Part shown: positions 1-10,900 of the stretch, one piece after another
How positions within the stretch are numbered: the stretch's first letter is position 1
Layout of the letters: each line of letters opens with the position of its first letter
NCBI GenBank assembly: GCA_902768785.1
Contig: CACXMM010000032.1
Coordinates: 1,017-65,016 of the forward strand
DNA length: 64,000 nt
Reading direction: 5' to 3'
DNA from: an uncultured Prevotellaceae bacterium
GTDB lineage: Bacteria; Bacteroidota; Bacteroidia; Bacteroidales; Bacteroidaceae
Made by a program: the position numbers and the translations under genes
The notes under the pieces: model-generated
Told to the model about the DNA's origin: nothing
Database searches by the model: none
Seen by the model: the letters and a program-made list of their open reading frames with translations, nothing else

Positions 1-122
1 CAAGCTTTTTTCGTAACTTTGTCTTCGCCGAACTTACTTGGCACTCGGAAATGAAAAAGTAAATGCTGTTTCCTTTTGCATTTCTCTCGTTTTTTCGTAA
101 CTTTGCACACACAAATAGAAAT

Positions 123-764
123 ATGAATATGGATACATTGAAAAAAGCATTCGCAAGAAAGCTGTTAGAGGTGAAAGCCGTGAAGCTGCAACCCAACGAG
201 CCCTTTACGTGGGCCAGTGGATGGAAGTCACCCATCTACACCGACAACCGTAAGACCCTTTCGTTCCCAGAGCTGCGCACGATGGTGAAACTTGCCCTTA
301 CTCACATGGTCTTGGAGCATTTCCCGCAGGCTGAGGCCGTGGCAGGTGTGGCCACGGGAGCTATCGCCCAGGGTGCCCTGGTGGCCGATGAGCTGAACCT
401 TCCCTACGTCTATGTAAGACCCAAACCAAAAGATCATGGTATGGGTAACCAGATTGAAGGAGAGCTGCCCGAAGGTGCCAAGGTGATCGTGGTGGAGGAT
501 CTGATCTCCACAGGTGGCTCTTCCCTGAAGGCCGTCGATGCCCTGCGGCGTGCCGGCTTCGAGGTGGTGGGCATGGTAGCCAGCTATACCTACGGCTTCC
601 CCGTTGCTGAAGAGGCGTTCCGCGAGGCTGGTGTGGAGCTTCTGACGATCTCTGACTATGAGCATGTGGTGAGTGAGGCACAAGCCACAGGTTACATCGC
701 CGAGAAGGATGTGGCCCTGCTGAAGGAATGGCGTAAAGACCCTGCTAACTGGAATAAAGAATAA
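123..764 (+). CDS. pyrE: orotate phosphoribosyltransferase
   Basis: I trimmed ORF 63..764 to the ATG at 123 (MNMDTLKK), just downstream of a TAACTTTG box. It has the PRPP-binding loop VIVVEDLISTGGS and is OPRTase-like along its length. Confidence 0.9.
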   Translation: MNMDTLKKAFARKLLEVKAVKLQPNEPFTWASGWKSPIYTDNRKTLSFPELRTMVKLALTHMVLEHFPQAEAVAGVATGAIAQGALVADELNLPYVYVRPKPKDHGMGNQIEGELPEGAKVIVVEDLISTGGSSLKAVDALRRAGFEVVGMVASYTYGFPVAEEAFREAGVELLTISDYEHVVSEAQATGYIAEKDVALLKEWRKDPANWNKE

Positions 765-768
765 GACA

Positions 769-1197
769 ATGGCAAAGTTTGAAAGTTCTGTGAAGATGAT
801 TCCCTTCACACAAGATCTGGTGTATCGCAGCGTGAGTGACCTCTCGCATCTGGAGAAGGTGCGCGACAGAATTCCTTCGCACGATATGGACAAGATGTCG
901 TTCACTGCCGATGCAATTAGTGTCTCCTCGCCTGTAGGAGAGGTGGCCATGCACATCATCGAACGGGAGGAGCCGAAATGCGTGAAGTTCGAGACGGTGA
1001 AGAGTCCGGTGCCCATGAACCTATGGATCCAGGTGCTGCCCGTTGACGAGGGTAGTTCGAAGATGCGCCTGACGATCGATGCCGATGTCCCCTTCTTCCT
1101 GAAGGGAATGGTGGCGGGTCCGCTGCAGGACGCTGTGGAGAAATTGGCCGATGCCCTCGCCGGCATCCCCTACGACCAGCTGCAGGCAGAACCCTAA
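769..1197 (+). CDS. SRPBCC/START-like small protein (hypothetical)
   Basis: 142-aa ORF starting 5 nt after pyrE. Size and alternating pattern resemble polyketide-cyclase/SRPBCC-fold proteins. No catalytic motif recognised. Confidence 0.45.
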   Translation: MAKFESSVKMIPFTQDLVYRSVSDLSHLEKVRDRIPSHDMDKMSFTADAISVSSPVGEVAMHIIEREEPKCVKFETVKSPVPMNLWIQVLPVDEGSSKMRLTIDADVPFFLKGMVAGPLQDAVEKLADALAGIPYDQLQAEP

Positions 1198-1233
1198 GAT
1201 ATGCGTTTTTCATCAACAACGACCTAAGACACA

Positions 1234-2574
1234 ATGGCAAATAAACTTTGGGAAAAGAATTTCGAGGTGAACCAGGAGATAGAGCGGTTCACCGTGGGAC
1301 GTGACCGTGAGATGGATTTGTATCTGGCTAAATACGACGTGCTGGGTAGTATGGCTCATATCACCATGCTGGAGAGCATCGGACTCCTCGGTAAGGACGA
1401 ACTGCCCCAGCTGCTGCAGGCGCTGAGAGCGATCTATGCACAATGTGAGCGCGGTGAGTTCGTGATCGAAGACGGTGTGGAAGATGTGCACTCGCAGGTG
1501 GAGCTGATGCTCACCCGTGAGCTGGGTGACATGGGTAAGAAGATCCACAGTGGTCGTTCACGCAATGACCAGGTGCTTGTCGATCTGAAGCTCTTCACCC
1601 GTCATGAGCTGAAAGACATTGCCGACCACGTGAAGATTCTTTTCGATGAACTGATCCGGAAGAGTAACCAATATCAAGAGGTGCTGATGCCCGGATATAC
1701 TCACCTGCAGATTGCCATGCCCTCTTCCTTCGGCCTGTGGTTCGGTGCCTATGCGGAGAGTCTGGCGGATGACCTGCTGTTCCTGCAGGCTGCCTACCGC
1801 ATGACCAACCGTAACCCTCTGGGCTCTGCCGCCGGTTATGGCAGCTCGTTCCCGCTGAACCGTACGATGACCACAGAGCTGCTGGGCTTCGATACGATGG
1901 ACTATAACGTGGTGTATGCGCAGATGGGACGTGGTAAGATGGAACGCAACGTGGCCTTTGCCCTGGCGACCATTGCCGGTAGTGTGGCGAAGATGGCCTT
2001 CGATGCCTGTCTGTTCAATTCGCAGAACTTCTCGTTCGTCAAGCTCCCCAAGGAGTGTACGACGGGAAGCAGTATCATGCCCCATAAGAAGAACCCGGAT
2101 GTCTTCGAACTGATCCGTGCGAGATGTAATAAGATACAGGGACTGCCGCAGCAGATCATGCTGATGATGAACAACCTGCCCGTGGGCTATTTCCGCGACA
2201 TGCAGATGATCAAGGAGGTGTTCCTGCCTGCCTTCGACGAATTGAAGGACTGTCTGCAGATGGCTGCCTACATTATTAATAAGATGGAGGTGAACGAACA
2301 TATCCTCGACAACCCGATGTACGACCCGATGTTCTCTGTGGAGGAGGTGAACCGGCTGGCCGCCAGTGGCATGCCTTTCCGTGATGCTTACAAGAAGGTG
2401 GGACTCGACATCGAGGCGGGCACGTTCAAGGCCAACCGACAGATCCATCATACCCATGAGGGAAGCATCGGGAACCTGTGCAATGAACAGATCACTACGT
2501 TGATGGAGCAGACCTTCAACGAGTTCCATTTCGAACGGATGGAACAGGCTGAGCAGAAACTGTTGAACCGCTAA
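1234..2574 (+). CDS. argH: argininosuccinate lyase
   Basis: 446 aa with the fumarate-lyase superfamily signature GSSIMPHKKNPD. The N-terminus (LWEKNF..RF) is typical of ArgH. Confidence 0.92.
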   Translation: MANKLWEKNFEVNQEIERFTVGRDREMDLYLAKYDVLGSMAHITMLESIGLLGKDELPQLLQALRAIYAQCERGEFVIEDGVEDVHSQVELMLTRELGDMGKKIHSGRSRNDQVLVDLKLFTRHELKDIADHVKILFDELIRKSNQYQEVLMPGYTHLQIAMPSSFGLWFGAYAESLADDLLFLQAAYRMTNRNPLGSAAGYGSSFPLNRTMTTELLGFDTMDYNVVYAQMGRGKMERNVAFALATIAGSVAKMAFDACLFNSQNFSFVKLPKECTTGSSIMPHKKNPDVFELIRARCNKIQGLPQQIMLMMNNLPVGYFRDMQMIKEVFLPAFDELKDCLQMAAYIINKMEVNEHILDNPMYDPMFSVEEVNRLAASGMPFRDAYKKVGLDIEAGTFKANRQIHHTHEGSIGNLCNEQITTLMEQTFNEFHFERMEQAEQKLLNR

Positions 2575-2583
2575 TTCTTCTTG

Positions 2584-3174
2584 ATGATCATGGGTGTCGC
2601 TCGTATCAAAGAAGCATGGGTGTCCTGCTGTCTCGTACTGCTCTTGTCGGTGGGCATGCTCTGTTCTTGTGAGAAGTCGGATTTTGAGTACTCCTCACAC
2701 CGTGCCCGTCTGGTGTATGACAACAGTCTGCATCTGGACCCTACCTTGTCGAGTGCGATGAATGCCATGGCACCAGGTATCTTCTGCCGCATCTCCATCT
2801 CCGGCACATACTTTATGTTCTCCAATAACCAAGGTCAGAGCAGCCGACAGGCGATGACGTCGGTGGAACAACAGCGGCTTCCTGTCCTGGGGTGTAACAA
2901 CGAGAGCGGAATCATCGTGGGCTTCGGTCTGCTGACAACCCCCGCGGAGTTTTTCGCCTATGACGCACAATGTATCAACTGCTACGAAAACGACGGCAGA
3001 CCGCGATACCTTCTGTCTGTTTCTACCGATGGGAGGGCGACTTGCGGCAAATGTGGCAGGACCTACAACTTGAACAACGGAGGGATCGTGACCGATGGCG
3101 GCGAAGGGAAGAAGCTTGCACGTTTCCACGCTTCCACAACAGGACCGAACGGTGTTTTATCCGTAAATAATTAG
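2584..3174 (+). CDS. hypothetical lipoprotein with CxxC...CxxC zinc-ribbon-like pair
   Basis: Signal peptide ending LCSC (lipobox-like), plus CINC...CGKC pairs. The ATG at 2584 follows the TTG given in the ORF track. Confidence 0.5.
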   Translation: MIMGVARIKEAWVSCCLVLLLSVGMLCSCEKSDFEYSSHRARLVYDNSLHLDPTLSSAMNAMAPGIFCRISISGTYFMFSNNQGQSSRQAMTSVEQQRLPVLGCNNESGIIVGFGLLTTPAEFFAYDAQCINCYENDGRPRYLLSVSTDGRATCGKCGRTYNLNNGGIVTDGGEGKKLARFHASTTGPNGVLSVNN

Positions 3175-3225
3175 TTGTATGTATTAAAATGTGCAAATAA
3201 TTTTGGCTGTTCGGAGAAATCCCAT

Positions 3226-3233
3226 TATCTTTG
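3226..3233 (+). promoter_or_regulatory. Bacteroidota -7 box TATCTTTG upstream of the tRNA-Gly/tRNA-Leu pair
   Basis: Exact TAnnTTTG match 24 nt before the tRNA 5' end. Confidence 0.6.
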
Positions 3234-3256
3234 CACCGTTTTAAACTAATCGACAG

Positions 3257-3329
3257 GCGGAAATAGCTCAGTTGGTAGAGCACAACCTTGCCAAGGTTGG
3301 GGTCGCGGGTCCGAGTCCCGTTTTCCGCT
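3257..3329 (+). tRNA. tRNA-Gly (anticodon GCC)
   Basis: Cloverleaf read by hand: acceptor GCGGAAA/TTTCCGC, D-arm AGCTCAGTTGGTAGAGC, anticodon stem CAACC/GGTTG with loop TTGCCAA, T-arm GGGTCCGAGTCCC. Confidence 0.9.
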
Positions 3330-3352
3330 CTGATTGTTGCTGTAAAGCAACT

Positions 3353-3438
3353 GCCGCAATGGTGGAATTGGTAGACACGAGGGACTTAAAATCCCTTGGC
3401 CAGTGATGGCTGTGCGGGTTCGAGTCCCGCTCGCGGCA
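3353..3438 (+). tRNA. tRNA-Leu (anticodon TAA), class II with long variable arm
   Basis: GCCGCAATGGTGGAATTGGTAGACAC D-region, anticodon loop CTTAAAA, long variable arm (GGCCAGTGATGGCT), T-arm GCGGGTTCGAGTCCCGC. There is one A-C mismatch in the acceptor stem. Confidence 0.85.
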
Positions 3439-3467
3439 CCTTTAAATCTTTTATTTCAGCAGTCGGC

Positions 3468-5108
3468 ATGATCCTGATGACATCATGCTCCTCTAAGCTT
3501 GGTGCCCTTTCTGCCGACAATTTCAACGTAGTGCCGAATCCGATGGAGACAGAGGCTGGCAAGGTGCCCGTCACCATCAACGGCAAGTTCCCTGAGAAGT
3601 ACCTGAAGAAGAAGGCTGTCGTTACCGTCATTCCTGAGATCCGTTGCAGTAACGGTGACGTGATTCAGGGACAGGGTGCCACCTTCCAGGGAGAGAAAGT
3701 ACAGGGCAACGACCAGACGATCTCTTACAAGGTGGGTGGAAACTACACGATGAAGAACAGCTTTACCTATACTTCTCCCATGCAGAAGAGTGATCTCTAT
3801 CTGACATTTGATGCAAAAGTTGGAAAGAAGAGCGTGAGCGTTCCCGCCGTGAAGGTGGCAGAGGGTGTCATCGCCACTTCCGAGCTGTATCGCAACCTGC
3901 TCACCTCAACAGGTGCCTGCATCGCCCCCGATACCTTCCAGCGTATCAACGCCCACAAGCAGGAGGCACAGATCAAGTTCTTGGTGAACCAGGCTAACCT
4001 GCGCAAGAGTGAGCTGAAGACCAACTCCATCACGGAATTCGTGGAGATGCTGAAGAAGATCAACCGCGAACGTGAGACCCTGGCGATCAAAGATATTGAC
4101 GTACTGGGATTCGCTTCTCCTGAGGGTGCATACGACTTCAACGACAAACTGGCCAGCAAGCGTCAGAATACGGCTGAGCAGTATGTGAAGGAGCAGCTGA
4201 AGAAGACAAAGGTGAATACGGATATCAATGCCAAATATACCGCTGAGGACTGGGACGGTTTCCAGCAGTTGGTACAGGCCAGCAACATCCAGGACAAGGA
4301 CGTGATCTTGCGCGTGCTCTCTATGTACAAGGATCCCCAGGAGCGTGAACAGCAGATCCGTAATATGTCTGCTGGTTATCGTGAACTGGCTGACGGTATT
4401 CTGCCAGAACTCCGCCGCTCTCGTATGATCATCAACTATGAGACCATCGGTCGTAGTGATGAGCAGATTCAGGAGCAGTATGTGGCTGACCCCGCACAAC
4501 TCAGTGTTGACGAGCTTCTCTATGCTGCCACCCTGACCAACGATGCTGACAAGCAGGAGGCTATCTACAAGACGGCAGCCAAGTTGTATCCCGCTGACTA
4601 CCGTGCTCTGAACAACATCGCAGCACTGGAATTCAACAAGGGTAACAACGATACCGCTAAGGATTATATTAATAAGGTGTTCAACGTGCTGGGCAATGCT
4701 CCCGAGGCCAATGCCAACTTGGGTATGATGGCTCTGCAGGAGGGTAATGTGGCAAGTGCTGAGACCTATATCGCCAAGGCCACCAATGCCAATGGACTGA
4801 ACAATGTGCTGGGTGCCTTGAACATCGCCAAGGGTAACTATGCTGAGGCCGCCAAGAATTTGGCAAACGCTGAGAGCAACCTTGCCGGACTGGCAGAGCT
4901 CTTGAACAAGAACTACGCTACCGCAGAGGTGATCCTTCAGGGTGTGAAGAACAAGGACGCAATGACCAGCTACCTGCAGGCTCTCACCGCAGCCCGTCAG
5001 GGAAGGACAAACATTGCTTCCAGCTTCCTGAAAGAGGCTCTGAACCTCGATCCGAGTCTGGCAACTTATGCTGCCAACGACCTGGAGCTTCTTAACGTCA
5101 GCAAATAA
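3468..5108 (+). CDS. OmpA-like / TPR-repeat lipoprotein
   Basis: ORF 3396..5108 overlaps tRNA-Leu, so I trimmed it to the first ATG (3468). It has an OmpA-C-like block (GFASPEG...NDKLASKR) and alanine/asparagine-rich TPR-like repeats at the C-terminus. The exact start is uncertain. Confidence 0.6.
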   Translation: MILMTSCSSKLGALSADNFNVVPNPMETEAGKVPVTINGKFPEKYLKKKAVVTVIPEIRCSNGDVIQGQGATFQGEKVQGNDQTISYKVGGNYTMKNSFTYTSPMQKSDLYLTFDAKVGKKSVSVPAVKVAEGVIATSELYRNLLTSTGACIAPDTFQRINAHKQEAQIKFLVNQANLRKSELKTNSITEFVEMLKKINRERETLAIKDIDVLGFASPEGAYDFNDKLASKRQNTAEQYVKEQLKKTKVNTDINAKYTAEDWDGFQQLVQASNIQDKDVILRVLSMYKDPQEREQQIRNMSAGYRELADGILPELRRSRMIINYETIGRSDEQIQEQYVADPAQLSVDELLYAATLTNDADKQEAIYKTAAKLYPADYRALNNIAALEFNKGNNDTAKDYINKVFNVLGNAPEANANLGMMALQEGNVASAETYIAKATNANGLNNVLGALNIAKGNYAEAAKNLANAESNLAGLAELLNKNYATAEVILQGVKNKDAMTSYLQALTAARQGRTNIASSFLKEALNLDPSLATYAANDLELLNVSK

Positions 5109-5122
5109 TCGCATTCCATTCA

Positions 5123-6121
5123 ATGAAGCGATACTGCTATATCCTGCTCACCCTGGCTCTGGTTTCGTGTGGAGCACCTAGCGGTCAGTTTAAGATCGAA
5201 GGCCGCTTCCTCAACCTGAACCGGGGTGAGTTCTATGTATATAGCACCGACGGACTCGTCAACGGTGTCGATACCATCCATACTGATGGCGGACGTTTCA
5301 GCTATCAGATCCCTTGTGAGCATTCAGGAACACTGATGCTGGTGTTCCCCAATTTCTCTGAACAGCCCATCTTCGCCGAGTCTGGTAAGACAGCTCATGT
5401 CAAGGGTGATGTCACCCACTTGAAAGAGATGTCGGTGGAGGGGACGGCTGCCAACGAGCTGATGACCCGCTTCCGTCAGGCCGTGGTGAATGCCTCACCT
5501 CCTGAGACTGTCACCAAGGCATCGTTGTTCATTCGGGATAATGCGGAATCACCCGTAGGCGTCTTTCTTTTAAAAAGGTATTTCATGCAGGGTGTCAATC
5601 CCGATCTGACGAAAGCGTCCGAGTTGCTGGAGACGTTAGTGAAAGCGCAACCCAAAAACGGAGAGCTGAACCGATTGATGAAAGATGTATCTGTTCTGAA
5701 GACTGCACAGGTGAACGCACCGATGCCTTCTTTCTCAGCGGTGGATATCAATGGACGGACAGTGACGAATGCTGATCTGCGTGGTAAGGTGTCGGTCATC
5801 CATGTGTGGTCAACCTGGAACTACGAGAGTCAGGATATTCAGCGCCGTTTGAGATCGCTCCGCGAGGAGAACGGTAGTAAACTTGGGGTAGTGGGAATCT
5901 GTATCGATGCCAGCAAGCGCGATTGCCGCAACTACCTCAAACACGACTCCGTGGGATGGTCAACAATCTGCGACGAGCAGATGTTGGAGAGTCCACTGCT
6001 TACAAAGCTGGGAATGATGTCGGTACCCGACAATATGATCATAGATACTAGCGGGAGAATCATTGCACGAGGACTGAATCCCAACGATATGCGGGAACGA
6101 CTGGAAAAACTCTTGAAATAA
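5123..6121 (+). CDS. TlpA/thioredoxin-fold lipoprotein lacking the CXXC active site
   Basis: Lipoprotein signal (LALVSCG). The C-terminal redoxin fold reads VIHVWSTWNYES where TlpA-type proteins have WASWCGPC. Confidence 0.6.
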   Translation: MKRYCYILLTLALVSCGAPSGQFKIEGRFLNLNRGEFYVYSTDGLVNGVDTIHTDGGRFSYQIPCEHSGTLMLVFPNFSEQPIFAESGKTAHVKGDVTHLKEMSVEGTAANELMTRFRQAVVNASPPETVTKASLFIRDNAESPVGVFLLKRYFMQGVNPDLTKASELLETLVKAQPKNGELNRLMKDVSVLKTAQVNAPMPSFSAVDINGRTVTNADLRGKVSVIHVWSTWNYESQDIQRRLRSLREENGSKLGVVGICIDASKRDCRNYLKHDSVGWSTICDEQMLESPLLTKLGMMSVPDNMIIDTSGRIIARGLNPNDMRERLEKLLK

Positions 6122-6165
6122 CCTGCCCGTTGTTAACCTAACCCCATTATTAATCAAAATCTAAT

Positions 6166-7713
6166 ATGCTGGTAAAAACATTCTGTGCGGCTGTTAATGG
6201 ATTAGACGTGACCACCGTTACCGTGGAGGTCAGTATGACAAGAGGTGTGCTCTATCATCTGACAGGACTTCCCGACAGTGCTGTAAAAGAGAGTCGCGAC
6301 CGCATTGCCGCCGCATGCCAGAACACTGGTTTTAAATTCCCCGTAGCCGATATCACCGTGAATATGGCTCCCGCTGATCTCAGGAAGGAGGGGAGCAGCT
6401 ACGATCTGCCTTTAGCCATCGCCATCCTTGCTGCCAATAACAAGGTGGAAAGCAGTCATCTGCAGGAGTATATGCTGGTGGGTGAGTTAGGACTTGACGG
6501 GTGTCTGCAACCCATTCGTGGTGCCCTGCCTATTGCTATTCGTGCACGAGCAGAGCATTTCAAAGGACTCATCGTCCCCAAACAGAATATCTGTGAGGCG
6601 GCTGTTGTGAACAATATTTCGGTTTATGGCATGGAGAGTCTGTTGGATGTGATTAACTTCTTCAATGGACAGCAGTTGTTTGAACCTACCGTCATTGATA
6701 CCCGACGGGAGTTCTACGAGCATCAGAGTCATTATGACCTTGACTTCGCTGATGTGCGGGGACAGGAGAACGTGAAGCGTGCCTTAGAGGTGGCGGCAGC
6801 TGGTGGACATAACCTCATTATGATCGGACCTCCTGGAAGTGGAAAGTCGATGATGGCCAAACGACTGCCCAGTATCCTACCTCCCTTGTCCTTAGCGGAG
6901 AGCTTGGAGACAACGCAGATACACTCTGTCGCAGGAAAGTTAGGACGAGATGTCAGTCTGATCTCCCAACGGCCGTTCCGTAGTCCGCATCACACCATCT
7001 CACAAGTAGCGCTAGTAGGTGGAGGGGTGAACCCGCAGCCTGGGGAGATCTCCCTGGCACATAACGGTGTCCTCTTCCTTGACGAGCTACCAGAGTTTAA
7101 CAAGACGACTCTTGAAGTGTTGCGTCAGCCTCTTGAGGATCGACGCATCACCATCAGTCGCGCCAAATATACACTCGAATATCCTTGTTCTTTCATGTTC
7201 GTCGCCTCGATGAACCCTTGCCCTTGTGGTTATTACGGAGATCCCACCCACAACTGCGTGTGTACGCCAGGACAGATTCAACGGTATATGAACAAGATCA
7301 GTGGACCGCTACTCGACCGTATCGATATCCATTGCGAAATACAAGCTGTACCTTTTTCTGAATTGTCACAGATGCGACCCGGCGAAACGAGTGAGATAAT
7401 TCGTAAGCGCGTCATCGCTGCTCGAAAGATCCAAGAAGAACGCTTCAAACCTTTCAAGGGCATCCACTGCAATGCCATGATGACGGAACGCTTGCTCCAT
7501 GAGTTCGCAGAGCCCGATGCCGCCTCACTCGACATGCTCCGTATGGCAATGGAACGGCTAAAACTCTCTGCACGTGCCTATGGTAGAATATTAAAAGTAG
7601 CAAGAACTATTGCAGACTTGGATAACTCAGAAAAAGTGTTGTCACAGCACATTGCCGAAGCCATTGGTTATAGAAACTTGGATAGAGGAGATTGGGCTGA
7701 ACGAGGGGTATAG
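6166..7713 (+). CDS. comM: YifB/ComM family Mg-chelatase-like ATPase
   Basis: Lon-like N-domain, Walker A GPPGSGKS, Walker B LFLDELPEF, and a ChlI-like core with a C-terminal ComM domain. Confidence 0.9.
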   Translation: MLVKTFCAAVNGLDVTTVTVEVSMTRGVLYHLTGLPDSAVKESRDRIAAACQNTGFKFPVADITVNMAPADLRKEGSSYDLPLAIAILAANNKVESSHLQEYMLVGELGLDGCLQPIRGALPIAIRARAEHFKGLIVPKQNICEAAVVNNISVYGMESLLDVINFFNGQQLFEPTVIDTRREFYEHQSHYDLDFADVRGQENVKRALEVAAAGGHNLIMIGPPGSGKSMMAKRLPSILPPLSLAESLETTQIHSVAGKLGRDVSLISQRPFRSPHHTISQVALVGGGVNPQPGEISLAHNGVLFLDELPEFNKTTLEVLRQPLEDRRITISRAKYTLEYPCSFMFVASMNPCPCGYYGDPTHNCVCTPGQIQRYMNKISGPLLDRIDIHCEIQAVPFSELSQMRPGETSEIIRKRVIAARKIQEERFKPFKGIHCNAMMTERLLHEFAEPDAASLDMLRMAMERLKLSARAYGRILKVARTIADLDNSEKVLSQHIAEAIGYRNLDRGDWAERGV

Positions 7714-7781
7714 AAGCAATCCTATTTCTAATTCTATTATGTAGCCCGTTACGAAATAGAGTTACATCTACAAAGATTGGA

Positions 7782-7816
7782 TATACAAGAGAAAAAACTT
7801 CCTTTTCTCTTGTATA
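7782..7816 (+). terminator. perfect 14-bp stem hairpin (TATACAAGAGAAAA / TTTTCTCTTGTATA) downstream of comM
   Basis: Arms at 7782-7795 and 7803-7816 with a 7-nt loop. There is no clean T-run after the stem, so the terminator assignment is tentative. Confidence 0.4.
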
Positions 7817-7832
7817 ATCCCTGATAATTGTT

Positions 7833-7840
7833 TATCTTTG
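7833..7840 (+). promoter_or_regulatory. -7 box TATCTTTG upstream of the giant esterase gene
   Basis: TAnnTTTG match. It implies that the in-frame N-terminal extension from 7828 is untranslated leader. Confidence 0.55.
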
Positions 7841-7965
7841 CACCCGTAACCACTACTAAGGTGTATGACTTACACCGTTCGATACCCATCGTGCTGAAAG
7901 AGACAGCACTTTTTCTTGGACCAGGGAACTACGAAACTACTAATATTCTAAAACAAAGAGAACAT

Positions 7966-10900
7966 ATGAAACAAAGAATCACATTAATCTTAGCCTGTCT
8001 CATAACGGCTGTTATGGGTGCATGGGCAGAGACAGTGACGGCAGAGTGGGACTGGAAGAACAGTTCTCCAGCAACATTGTCTTCTGTTAACATTGAGAAT
8101 ACCACTGGTAATGTGGCTTCTACTGTGGACGGCATCAACATGTATGTGGATGCCACCAGCGGAAAGCTTAAAGCCAATGGTGACAATGTCGCATTTAATG
8201 CTGGTACAAAGCTGCAGGTTCCTGTTGTATCAACCAATGATGTTGTAACAGTCGTGGCTCACCCTTACAATTTTATCAATATCAGCATTGGCGGTACCGT
8301 TTATACTTCTCAAGAAACAAATTATACCGCTACCAGTTACGATGTTAATCAGGGGTATGTGGAGATCATATCGACAAGTTCTCCCTACTTGTATTCCATA
8401 AAGGTTGTTCAGGACAAGACCGCTGCAGAGACTGTTTTCAGGGACATCGTCCTTAATCTTACAGACAATACTCTAATGACCAGTGAGGTAACCGTAAAAA
8501 CATCCTTTGGTGTTAATATTGCCAGCGATGGCACCCCCAACGTAGTGGAGGCCAATGCCGAAAACGCAAACATCAACTTCACTGCATCCGACTACAACGG
8601 TTATCAGCATGGCTGGACAAACCTGACGGCTACAGTAAAGGTTGATGGTCCTGTCAAGGTAACCTTAGGAGGTTGTCAGTATGGCAGTCATGATGCCAGC
8701 ATTACGGATGCTCAAGACAATAAAACCACTTTTACCGTTGCTGCTGCCTGTTGGAACAAATCTCAAGCAACAGAGAACGTAGGAGTAGCATATTATAAAG
8801 GTGAAGCGACTACACTTACCATTAAATGCGCTAATTATACTCCATACATTGCAATTGAGGCAGTAAACCCAGTAGATCTTATCAACGAGGCTACGGTGTC
8901 GTTTGTTTTGGGTGATGCTACTGGCATGGTTCCTGCCTCAGTCAAGGCAGAGGTAGGATCCACGATTACACTTCCCAAGAACTATACTATGTTTGTGGAG
9001 GGTAAGACACTGACTGGCTGGAGCAATGGTGAGACGACCTATGCCCCTGGTACAGGATATACTGTTCCCGATGCAGACATAACACTTACTCCTGTATTTA
9101 CAACCAACGAAGTTTCTCTGGCTAATCGCACGGAAGCTATCACATTGAATTTTGATTTCCAACGCAACAACGGTGCTCCTATAGTGCAATGGCAGAACAC
9201 CAACGGCCATCCTTGGGTAACTCAGGCCACCATAGGCGGAAAGACCATTGACGTGGCAATGACCATCGATACCAATCCTGGTAAGTTCAACAATAGTAGT
9301 AATACTGACTGTACACAGACAAACAGCGGTACTGTTTTCACCATCCCTTCATGTGAGGGTGCAATTGTGGAAACAGAAAGTCATGGTTCGTTCTCAATAT
9401 CTACGACGACCATCGACGGCAAGACCGACTATACTGGCAGTGGGACATCAAAGGTTTCCTGTACCATTGACAACACTTCGGAAGCCATCCAGATTGTCAT
9501 TGGCGACGGTTCCTATTATAAATATGTGAAAGTTACCCTTCCCGTTATTTCAAATGGTAGCGGTGAAGCTACCAACAAAAAGGTGCATACGATAGGTGAC
9601 TCCACCATGGCTTTTTACGATGAAAATACCACAATCACACGTGGTTGGGGAATGTACTTCGGTAACTTCCTCACCAACGGATGGACGAGCGTCAACTATG
9701 CCAAGGGAGGGCGCGACTCTCGTGGTGGTTACAATGAACTGTGGCAGAATGCCAAAGACAACGTGGAGGCCGGTGACTACGTACTCATCCAGTTTGCCCA
9801 CAACGATGAGATGTTCAATGGTGTAGATCATGACGATCTATATAACTATTATGTCTTGAAGGGCGAAACGGCAACAGCTTCTGCCATGGACAGTCGCGGT
9901 ACCAATCCTTCTACAACCTATAAGTCTTTCCTGAAGAACATCATCGATGAGGTGAAGGCAAAGAATGCCACACCTATCCTCGTGGGACCAGCTTGCCGTT
10001 TCTGGTTCACAAATGGTAAGATTCGCCGTTCGGGTCGTCATGACCTTGGCGACAGCTATGATGCCATCGTTAATGGTGAGCTCCAAACCGGATTAAGACT
10101 CTCTTCCGATGACCATACTATGGACTATGCCTATCAGATGAAACAACTTGCTGATGCCGAGGGTGTGAAATATGTAGACCTGACAAGTGCTACAGAGCAA
10201 CTCTTCAATGATTATGGTTCTGAACGTTGCGAGGCTGAACTCCAGTCGGAGAAAACCGAGAACGGTGTAACAAAACCCGACGGCACACACTTCCGCACAG
10301 CCGGTGCCGTACTTGTGGCACGTCTTTGTGCACAGCTTATGAAGGATCAAGGGATCCTTGCAGACAACCTCGTGATACCAACCGACCTAAGTGTTTCACC
10401 CGAGATAGGCGACATGGGTGACATCTATGTTGGGCAGTCAGGCATCAAAGAGTTCAGTTTGAATGGTTTCGGTCTTAATCCCACAAACGGAACAGTCACT
10501 GTTACAGCCAACAACGGTGTAAAACTCTCAACAGACAAATCATCATGGCAGGATGAAATAGAAATAGAATATGCTGGTGGAGTGGTGGTGAAATCATTCT
10601 ATGCACATGCTTCCATGACTTCAGAAGGGACATTCACTGCTACTATCACCATAAATTCCGGCAACAATTCAATAGAAGTTCCACTTACAGCAAATGCCAT
10701 TGAGCTTGGCGGAGGTAATCCTTTCTCTGTTACATGGGCTCTTGATACAGATGGTACTGCTGATGTTGAGGGCAATGTTACGGCAGCAGACGTATCGATT
10801 AATGCAGGTGGCAGCCGTTATAAGAACAATACTCTGCAGGTATACAACGGCAGTAATCTCGGCTCATGGCCAGCGAGCGAGGACGATGACCCGAACCGCT

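Noticed and set aside
228-1166. A 312-aa minus-strand ORF, with similar long antisense ORFs at 1558..2529, 3906..5123, 21123..21890, 26362..27390, 44069..44644, 46423..47055 and 52458..53288.
   Set aside because: Each lies entirely antisense to a gene with clear family motifs. Their translations are low-complexity (His/Arg/Leu/Val-rich) with no motifs. They are typical shadow ORFs in moderately GC-rich coding DNA.
3396-3467. The N-terminal extension of ORF 3396..5108.
   Set aside because: It overlaps the 3' half of tRNA-Leu, so the start was moved to the first ATG (3468). The real start could still be a non-ATG codon between 3439 and 3468, because KSFISAVGMILMTSC would make a better lipoprotein signal.
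7828-7965. The N-terminal extension of the giant esterase ORF.
   Set aside because: It begins inside the TATCTTTG promoter box and precedes a canonical signal peptide starting at 7966.
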